Source: an uncultured Candidatus Saccharibacteria bacterium (GTDB taxonomy: Bacteria; Patescibacteriota; Saccharimonadia; Saccharimonadales; Saccharimonadaceae). Taken from it: DNA of 64,000 bases. The stretch is from the NCBI GenBank assembly GCA_963554175.1, contig CAUVQU010000002.1:10714-74713 (forward strand), given 5' to 3'. The notes beneath the pieces were generated by a model that saw nothing but the letters and a program-made list of their open reading frames with translations, had not been told where the DNA came from and did not search any database. The position numbers were made by a program, and so were the translations under genes. Positions 19,057 through 25,783 of this stretch are shown here, in pieces. The first letter of the stretch is position 1. Every line of letters starts with the position of its first letter.

Positions 19057-20484
19057 ATGAAGAAATTGATGAGCTTAGCAGAGGTGAAGGAGTTTTTCGA
19101 GAATGAAAAGTGTTTTGAAACTGAAACTACTTTTCTAATTAATGAATTTGGAAAATATCACCCGAATATTTGTTTTGTGATCGATAAAGAATTTGATCTA
19201 AATGAATGTAATGGGCCGATGAATCCTCTAGAATTTTTCGAGGATTATGAAGTGCCCGCCAATATGAATATAGACTTCAATGGCTGGACAAGCTTTATGT
19301 TTGGGGACTTTTGGGTTTCCAAAAAAGGTGATGCTTGTTTTAGGCCAATGGATGCTGTTTTGGCAAAGCATATCCTTATCAAGGTTAGCTGGGGTGGTAG
19401 TTATAATCACACTAGGGGCAGAGAGCCATCAGAGGTGGATCAGATCAAGGATGTGCTGTATTTTAGACATGCTACGTCTAACGGCGGTGGCGAAGGGTTT
19501 GACTTCTGGGTGGTGCCAGTTGGTTTTCGCTATGTGATTCACGATGATGAATTTGATGGTGAGATTTGTAAGATTGAAAAATCGGAAGCTCAAAATGTGA
19601 AGACTCCAGAATACTGTGAGAAAATTTCCCATAGAAAGCAGGAAGAATTAGATCGTGCTACCAGAATCATAGAAGAAAGAAAAAAGGCCGTTGAGAAATC
19701 AAAGCAGGATAAATTTCTCTATGAGGAAGAGTTGATGGAGATTCAGAAAGAGCTGAAGAAGCTTTCTAGGCCACGTAAGTGGGGGACATATTCTGTAGAC
19801 CAGTTGGAGCTTGGAGAAATGTTCTTTACTTTGGGATATACGCAGTATTTATATAACAGCGCAAATATCTCTTTTGTAAAAGATTATTTGGATAAGAAAC
19901 AGGTTTATATTAGAAGTGCTGAGAAAGAAAAACAGGCTACCTATGACGATAAGATGAAGTTCAAACCTAAGTTTGAAGAATTGTCTAGTGATCTTGAGGA
20001 GATAGGCTGGACAATTCTGTGTGACGACAAGGTTTATGTAACAAATCCAAATAAGGAAGTGGATGGATACCTTGGTTATGAAAGTGAGGTTTTGTCGTAC
20101 GAGTATTCAAACAAGGGTTTGAAAGCTTTACGTCACGACATAGTCGTCGAAGAGGATAGACAGGCGGCAGAAAAAACTAGAGAAGTAAATAGTAAACGCA
20201 TTAAGAGGCTTTTGTCTAGTACAGAGCTGCCGGAGAAACTTTGGTTTTTGTTTGAAGGGACAGAAGCTCTCGATTCAGAAATTCTTGAGGAGGTGCAGGC
20301 TATTTTAAAGGCATCTTATGACCCAAAAAATGAAAAAGATTTTCATGAGTTAATGAACTGCAGCTTTAAGAGTAAGGTTGAGGCGAGTAAACGTTTAATT
20401 GAGCAAGCAGGTGGTAAACTCCAGCTGAAGCTTGAGGGGGACGCGAACTGTCGCAGACTGGCAAATTTTCTTGTCGGCAAATAA
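19057..20484 (+). CDS. Hypothetical protein, distant paralog of the 47.6-49.3 kb gene
   Basis: 475 aa, strong RBS (AAGGAGAAAGGA). By-eye alignment to the 47.6 kb gene: FNGWTSFMFGD...KKGDACFRP...HILIKVSWGG versus FTPWFSSFNLAD...KKGTRLLIP...RILLITARGG; LELGEMFFT versus QLGETFFV. Confidence 0.7.
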   Translation: MKKLMSLAEVKEFFENEKCFETETTFLINEFGKYHPNICFVIDKEFDLNECNGPMNPLEFFEDYEVPANMNIDFNGWTSFMFGDFWVSKKGDACFRPMDAVLAKHILIKVSWGGSYNHTRGREPSEVDQIKDVLYFRHATSNGGGEGFDFWVVPVGFRYVIHDDEFDGEICKIEKSEAQNVKTPEYCEKISHRKQEELDRATRIIEERKKAVEKSKQDKFLYEEELMEIQKELKKLSRPRKWGTYSVDQLELGEMFFTLGYTQYLYNSANISFVKDYLDKKQVYIRSAEKEKQATYDDKMKFKPKFEELSSDLEEIGWTILCDDKVYVTNPNKEVDGYLGYESEVLSYEYSNKGLKALRHDIVVEEDRQAAEKTREVNSKRIKRLLSSTELPEKLWFLFEGTEALDSEILEEVQAILKASYDPKNEKDFHELMNCSFKSKVEASKRLIEQAGGKLQLKLEGDANCRRLANFLVGK

Positions 20485-20536
20485 TTTTTAGTTGGTAAAT
20501 ATTTTAGGCCCCTGGAGTAATCTAGGGGTATTTTTA

Positions 20537-20565
20537 TTGACAAAGTATGAAGAATATGTTGAGAT
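20537..20565 (+). promoter_or_regulatory. Promoter of the 20658 gene
   Basis: TTGACA 20537-20542, 17-nt spacer ending in TGT, then TGAGAT. Confidence 0.4.
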
Positions 20566-20657
20566 GGTATGGATAACCGTGAGGCGCACATTAATAATTA
20601 GATTTAGTTTAGATACTCTAATTTGAATCCATGAAAATGGAAGAGAGGGGAGGCTAT

Positions 20658-21005
20658 ATGTCAAAATATTATTTTGGAACTGATATTATGGACGTGATGT
20701 TCAGTGAGAGGCTGTTAATTAGACGGAGAAAGCTGAATGTTGATGAAGTTTGGGATAGATTGGTTTGTGGTGAAGTGGTAATGTGCTTCGATGATACTTA
20801 TGATGAACTAGTCATGTCGATTTGGAAAAAGCTGAGGATGCCGATAAGGATAACAAACAAAGTGACAGAAATTCATCTTCGTCCAAGAGATATCTTGGTA
20901 GTGATGAAAGTCGAAGTGGCGAAGAAATTGATTTTCGAGGAGAATACAAACTCTCTGGAATCCGAACTTTGTGAGGATTTATTTATTGAATATGCAATAT
21001 TCTAA
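20658..21005 (+). CDS. Hypothetical protein (115 aa)
   Basis: ATG 20658 follows GGGGAGG. Hairpin terminator gacccag...ctgggtc plus T-run downstream. Confidence 0.6.
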   Translation: MSKYYFGTDIMDVMFSERLLIRRRKLNVDEVWDRLVCGEVVMCFDDTYDELVMSIWKKLRMPIRITNKVTEIHLRPRDILVVMKVEVAKKLIFEENTNSLESELCEDLFIEYAIF

Positions 21006-21062
21006 GAGCTTAAGGTTTTTACTAAATCTAATTTTAGACCCAGAAGTGATGTGCTGGGTCTT

Positions 21063-21091
21063 TTGACTTTTTATGTATTTTATGTTATGAT
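21063..21091 (+). promoter_or_regulatory. Promoter of the 21256 gene
   Basis: TTGACT 21063-21068, 17-nt spacer ending in TGT, TATGAT 21086-21091. Confidence 0.5.
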
Positions 21092-21191
21092 ATCTATGTA
21101 ATTATTGCTTCTAGCAGATTAAGTATTTTAAGGTAGTATTCTATGTTTTTTGCGACTAGTTATGTCGACTAGTTTAATCGATATGACCAGT

Positions 21192-21247
21192 CGCAGAAAA
21201 TTCCTTCTGCGATCAAATTTTTTTGTTGCGGTAAGAGCCGCAGAAGG
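21192..21247 (+). promoter_or_regulatory. Candidate anti-SD / anti-anti-SD leader switch
   Basis: cgcagaa (21192-21198), ccttctgcg (21203-21211) and cgcagaagg (21239-21247, overlapping the SD AAGGAGG). The middle element can pair with either neighbour. The first hairpin is followed by atcaaattttttt. Confidence 0.4.
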
Positions 21248-21255
21248 AGGTAAAA

Positions 21256-21887
21256 ATGGTAGAGTTGAAAATGAAGACTCTTGTTGGGATGACTATAGAA
21301 AAATGGGCGCAGAGTCCTGTTACTTCTGAGATGGTCAGACCATACCCGGTCGAGAAGGAAGAGGTTATTTTGGTCTTTCTTGATGGCAGTAATCTTACCG
21401 TCAAGGAGGCGGAAGACGGTTCTGGGCAAGTTGTCTGGGAGTGGTCTGACGCTAAAAGACCTTTTTCCTGCCGTCCGAAGGACGGGCCGATGAAAGTAAA
21501 GATCTCGGAGGATGTGGATTCTGGCCGCCTAGAGATCTTAGCGAGCGGCACAGGTGAGACTGTACTACTCGTTTCAAGAGAAGAGGTGGATTTCTGCGAG
21601 GAGATGTTTGAAAAAACGCCTCGCATCATGGAAAAACGCCCGGTCTGGATCTTTGCTGGAGGCTCTGGAAATCTACCCTCGGTAGATTTTTGGAGCTCCA
21701 GGGGAAGATTATCTACGAGACTGACTCTGACCAGAGGTTGCCAAATATCATTATGGCAGACGTTATCGTTGCTGGAAACAGAAACAGGAGTCTCAGTATT
21801 GATGATATTTGTGCGAGACTTCCGGACGGAGTTGAGCCAATCTTCGTTGAATTTTCTTTGGCAGAAGAATATCTGACAAAGAAATAA
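21256..21887 (+). CDS. Hypothetical protein with an apparent frame break at a T5 run
   Basis: The frame starting at 21256 looks protein-like up to about 21690. The -1 frame (open 21612-21887) then reads LELQGKIIYETDSDQRLPNIIMADVIVAGNRNRSLSIDDICARLPDGVEPIFVEFSLAEEYLTKK and is followed by a terminator. The T5 run at 21687-21691 lies at the junction. Confidence 0.5.
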
Positions 21888-22009
21888 GACGAGAGTGCTT
21901 CTCGCATGGGGTGGCCCGCCCCGCAAAAATGCCCATAGAATGCCTGAAAGGCCCTCATGGAGGGTCTTTTTTATATTTTCCTGTTCGCTATGTGATAACT
22001 ATTAATTAC

Positions 22010-22038
22010 TTGACATTATTGGATTGCTATGTTTTAAT
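22010..22038 (+). promoter_or_regulatory. Promoter of the 22123-22921 two-gene unit
   Basis: TTGACA 22010-22015, 17-nt spacer ending in TGT, TTTAAT 22033-22038. Confidence 0.45.
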
Positions 22039-22122
22039 ATTAGAGTTCGTCCAATTGTGGAAAACGAGGTAGGCCCAGGCCGTGTATGCGCTGGGTAGTT
22101 CTTTAAGAAAGGAGGTACTTGT

Positions 22123-22524
22123 ATGAGTACCATGAGAAAAAGTAACCAGACTATCTTAGATAGTCAGACCGTTCGTTTTAATATCAGCGGAGGTCCTAGC
22201 AGGGACAGGATCTTCGATGCGTGTAAGTATTTGCACGACAAGATCAAGATTGACCTGGATTTTAAAGTCATCCTGGGGTATTCAGCCCCGAAGGATGATC
22301 CGTGCTGTGCGGCATTTGAAGTACCGATCAAGGACTTTAGGGTACATAAGATTATGCATGAGGACGGATCAGGAGAGAGTTTTATGCTCTCCGGACGTTG
22401 TAAAGCGGATCTTGATCCGTGTATGCCTATTATAAAAAAATATAAGGAGTACGGCTTCTCGGCTTGGTATAATAGCAAGCGCAGAACGGGCTGGATCTCT
22501 TTGACTGAAAAGGAGGGGATGTAA
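22123..22524 (+). CDS. Hypothetical protein (133 aa)
   Basis: AAGGAGG RBS. Followed 1 nt later by the next ATG. Confidence 0.6.
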   Translation: MSTMRKSNQTILDSQTVRFNISGGPSRDRIFDACKYLHDKIKIDLDFKVILGYSAPKDDPCCAAFEVPIKDFRVHKIMHEDGSGESFMLSGRCKADLDPCMPIIKKYKEYGFSAWYNSKRRTGWISLTEKEGM

Positions 22525-22525
22525 A

Positions 22526-22921
22526 ATGGAACAGTTTATGCAATGCTTGAAGAAGATCAGCTTCTTAGCTTATGACTATGAGGCAGATGACGAATCTTTC
22601 GAGATTGCAGACTCTGCGAAGGTGGAGTTTGTGAATGGATTGGTGCTTTTTCTTTCTAAAGTCAAAAGCATCTGTCCAAGTGGCCACGGTACATGCACTT
22701 ACGGGTCATGGATTTGGAAGGATAAGCCGCTGAACGGTAATCCGATAGTAGCTGAATTCCCTTCTTTGCCTGTAAAGGTAGAAGAGGATGGGCGTTATCT
22801 TTCTATCAAGGACTTAAATAATCGCGAGATTATTGCGGTCTCTAAGGATGGAGCGGATTACTACTATCCGGACGGCTATATTGAGGTTAATTTTGATTAC
22901 TTAAATAAGTATCAAAAATAA
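22526..22921 (+). CDS. Hypothetical protein (131 aa)
   Basis: Coupled to the upstream ORF. Terminator follows immediately. Confidence 0.6.
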   Translation: MEQFMQCLKKISFLAYDYEADDESFEIADSAKVEFVNGLVLFLSKVKSICPSGHGTCTYGSWIWKDKPLNGNPIVAEFPSLPVKVEEDGRYLSIKDLNNREIIAVSKDGADYYYPDGYIEVNFDYLNKYQK

Positions 22922-22931
22922 TCTCAATCTA

Positions 22932-22957
22932 CCCCCCAACTTTGGGGGGATTTTTTA
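22932..22957 (+). terminator. Intrinsic terminator
   Basis: cccccc aacttt gggggg a tttttt. Confidence 0.75.
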
Positions 22958-22963
22958 TTATTC

Positions 22964-22994
22964 AAAAAGGAAAACCCCGACCAAATGGTCGGGG
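22964..22994 (-). terminator. Intrinsic terminator of the 23032-23781 gene
   Basis: Stem ccccgacc (22975-22982) / ggtcgggg (22987-22994). The T-run on the minus strand corresponds to the plus-strand A-run at 22964-22974. Confidence 0.7.
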
Positions 22995-23031
22995 AAAATA
23001 GATTCTACCTTCTGAAACGGGAGCTCCAATC

Positions 23032-23781
23032 CTATCTGGAGACTTCTGGGATGTTATCCCAAAGATATCTTAGATAGGAATCGGTAATTTTTTCTGGACC
23101 ACTAAGTGGTACCAGAAAATCTTGCTTTCTATAGCCAGCTTTCTCCAGGATATCCATAATGGCCGGATCCTTTGAGAGATAGGTGTGTCCGTCGCGGTAG
23201 ACGAAGACTACCCTACCTGCATTGTAACTATAGCTGCCAAGGCTACTAATGGCTACAATATCCACACAGGTCTCATTGAGACGTGGATAGTATATTGAAT
23301 ATACCCCACAGTCCTCAACTGGGATACCGCCGTGTGGGACCCTGAGACAGGATTCTAGTAGACGATCATCTATGGAGCCGATATGGTGTTCGTCACACCA
23401 AACCTCAGAATCTTTCTCGAACTGCTTTCGAGCTAAGCGGTTCGCCTCATCACAGAGTTCCTGCCATTCATTTGTTTTGTGATATGGTAGGTCGCCGTTT
23501 GAAAATGGGACGTAGAACGATTCGTTCCTGAACCCAGCCTGGTCGAGTAGCTGTACCAGGCTCCTGGTGTACGGTGCGGCGTAGATCTCGCCGTCCATCA
23601 CCCAGCAAACAGTACCGTTGTTTACTGAGTACTCACCCTCGCGATGTTCTGCCAGATGGGTGAGATTAAGTTGATACGGTAACCCCTCCCTTTCAGCCTT
23701 AATTAGGGGATATTTTGTTACCAAGAATCCAATTTCTTTAAGGCTTTCTCTTGCTGTTTTCTGGTTTGTTTCTCTTGTCAT
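23032..23781 (-). CDS. Hypothetical protein with an internal domain duplication
   Basis: Start at ATG 23781 (MTRETNQ), which follows GGAGG. Two related segments: GEIYAAPYTRSLVQLLDQAGFRNESFYVPFSNG and GHTYLSKDPAIMDILEKAGYRKQDFLVPLSGP. Confidence 0.65.
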   Translation of the reverse strand: MTRETNQKTARESLKEIGFLVTKYPLIKAEREGLPYQLNLTHLAEHREGEYSVNNGTVCWVMDGEIYAAPYTRSLVQLLDQAGFRNESFYVPFSNGDLPYHKTNEWQELCDEANRLARKQFEKDSEVWCDEHHIGSIDDRLLESCLRVPHGGIPVEDCGVYSIYYPRLNETCVDIVAISSLGSYSYNAGRVVFVYRDGHTYLSKDPAIMDILEKAGYRKQDFLVPLSGPEKITDSYLRYLWDNIPEVSR

Positions 23782-24056
23782 GTTGACCTCCTTGCGGCTG
23801 TTGCCGCTTCTAAAAATATTTCCGCGGCCTATTCCGCGGTTTAGCCTGCCCACCAATCTTTAATAGACAGATTAAACCGCAGAAAAATGCAAGGGGGTGG
23901 TAGAATCTTTTAAGATACTGCTCTTTGCTAGAGCTTATATATTATAACATTCTAATGCTAAGTTGTCAATTTAGAAGATTATTTGATATATGTTCAAAAT
24001 TATATTATAATGACCCTGTTTCCAAAAAACGCACATTTACGAAAGGGGGTTCTGTT

Positions 24057-24404
24057 ATGGCAGAAAACAAAGGACTCAATGATTTTACAATCGACTGGAA
24101 TAAGGCGCATAGAAGCTTTTTCTTTACCATTCAATGGGCGCCAGTGGTTGGAAGGCCAGTGAATATCGATATGAGGTATACTGCGGTATGCTACGGGGAT
24201 CTATACACCACTGATGATTGGAATCATTTCAAAGCAATGGTTGATCTGAAGTCACATAATTTGATGATGGTGGTTTCTAGTGAGGAAGCTTTCAGTCAAG
24301 GTGTAGTACAGATTGTAGTGTCTTCGGCGAATCATGATTATAGCGAAAGTTATATCGTGAGCACTCTGGAATGGATCAGTAGAGATTTCTTTGGAGTAAA
24401 GTAA
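24057..24404 (+). CDS. Hypothetical protein (115 aa)
   Basis: ATG 24057 (MAENKGLND) follows AAGGGGG. Confidence 0.55.
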   Translation: MAENKGLNDFTIDWNKAHRSFFFTIQWAPVVGRPVNIDMRYTAVCYGDLYTTDDWNHFKAMVDLKSHNLMMVVSSEEAFSQGVVQIVVSSANHDYSESYIVSTLEWISRDFFGVK

Positions 24405-24411
24405 AATTAAA

Positions 24412-24437
24412 AACCCCGGTTTCCCGGGGTTATTTTC
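24412..24437. terminator. Bidirectional intrinsic terminator
   Basis: aaccccgg tttc ccggggtt with flanking A-run and T-run. Confidence 0.7.
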
Positions 24438-25482
24438 ATGGATGAGGATAGATCCTAAAGGTCGGATAGCCAAACCTTTGCATCTTGCTTTCTACTTCTC
24501 TGATCGAATTGAGACCAAGATTTTTGATCCTGAGCCAATCCATGTACGGATAATTAATAATATCCGAGATGGTATAAATTTCAGCTCTCCTCAGGGCTCG
24601 ATATGTGTGTGTCGTTAGGTCTAGGCACTCTATCTCGGTCTGATCTTCCACCTCGCCACTTAAGAACTCCTTTGCTTTTTCCGCGCATTCGTACGGAGTA
24701 AAGGTGATCTTTCTGAGCTCTTGTCTTAGAGCAAATTCCTCCTGGAAGAGAGGATTTTGCCTTAAGGATTTTAGTCTGTCGATGATATCATCAACAGTCT
24801 TTGTCTGAGCTTCAGAAGGCTTGAGAATAGAAGGCAACGCTCTGGCACTGCGGATCTTACGAATAGCAAGGTCCTCAGTCTGTCTGATCCTGTTGGATGA
24901 GACGCCTTGATCGATTGCGATCTCACAAGCTGCCATTACCTTACCTTCGAGTCCATACCACTTTGAGATGACCTGAAACTCTTTCTCGGTCAAGCAGCCT
25001 TTGATCCCTGCTTGGATCTTTTGGCATTGGCTAGTGGTCGGATTCTGATATGTCTCGTAGCTCAGATTTCCGAACGTATAGTCAATGGAAAAAGTTTGAT
25101 CATCCTTGAAGATCTTGCAGAGATCCTCGAACTCTACTACTACTGGTTCCTCTCTCATGAGATCGTGATGAACGGTCATGTATAAGAGGTTAATAGTAAA
25201 GGAGTTGGCCACAAAGTCGTGACGTAAATATCCTTTCTTATCTAGTGCGGCGGCAAGCTCCAGTAAATACTTTGGAGTTTTGCGGATGTAGTTTTCGTCG
25301 CGGTCGATTAGATAGGCGGTGCGCCTGCCCTGCCAGATAATCTCAGGAAGTGTCTGGTAATACTTTTCGAGATGTCCTTCTGCAGATTTTGATAAATATA
25401 GTTCATCTAGGCACTGCAAGTCGGCGGCTTTTCTGGCTGGTAAACTATAATATCCCCTGTTGGTATAAAGATTATTTGTCAT
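24436..25482 (-). CDS. Putative transcription factor: sigma-70 region 4-like HTH fused to an RNAP alpha-subunit CTD-like domain
   Basis: LTEKEFQVISKWYGLEGKVMAACEIAIDQGVSSNRIRQTEDLAIRKIR resembles sigma region 4.2. IECLDLTTHTYRALRRAEIYTISDIINYPYMDWLRIKNLGLNSIREVESKMQRFGY aligns by eye with E. coli alpha-CTD ([23 protein letters not shown]...LLKTPNLGKKSLTEIKDVL). Confidence 0.6.
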   Translation of the reverse strand: MTNNLYTNRGYYSLPARKAADLQCLDELYLSKSAEGHLEKYYQTLPEIIWQGRRTAYLIDRDENYIRKTPKYLLELAAALDKKGYLRHDFVANSFTINLLYMTVHHDLMREEPVVVEFEDLCKIFKDDQTFSIDYTFGNLSYETYQNPTTSQCQKIQAGIKGCLTEKEFQVISKWYGLEGKVMAACEIAIDQGVSSNRIRQTEDLAIRKIRSARALPSILKPSEAQTKTVDDIIDRLKSLRQNPLFQEEFALRQELRKITFTPYECAEKAKEFLSGEVEDQTEIECLDLTTHTYRALRRAEIYTISDIINYPYMDWLRIKNLGLNSIREVESKMQRFGYPTFRIYPHP

Positions 25483-25616
25483 TTTTTCTTCCCCCTTTTG
25501 GAAAAATTCTTAAAACAGAGATTATTAATAGAGGGACGCTCTAGAAAAATCCTCTTTTTAAGGTTCTCGCCATATATGACGTTTTTTGTATTTACAGACA
25601 AAGTCTGCATACTATA

Positions 25617-25645
25617 TATTATGCCATAAAGTATATGATTGTCAA
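25617..25645 (-). promoter_or_regulatory. Promoter of the sigma4/alpha-CTD gene
   Basis: Minus strand: TTGACA (25645-25640), 17-nt spacer, ATAATA (25622-25617). Confidence 0.4.
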
Positions 25646-25783
25646 TGTTGGAGTGGGGTAGTTTTTGGGCAAGATCTCAGTTTTGGAGTAAGATTAGGTT
25701 TGGTTAAGATTTTGACTTATGGTAAGGTTTAAAACTCTGAGTATGATATATTAATAAGAGAAAAAGCAGAGAGGTATGACGGG

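Noticed and set aside
21213-21926. 237-aa minus-strand ORF
   Set aside because: It is antisense to the 21256 gene. The plus strand has a strong RBS, a promoter and a terminator, while the minus-strand product is Ser-rich and low in complexity.
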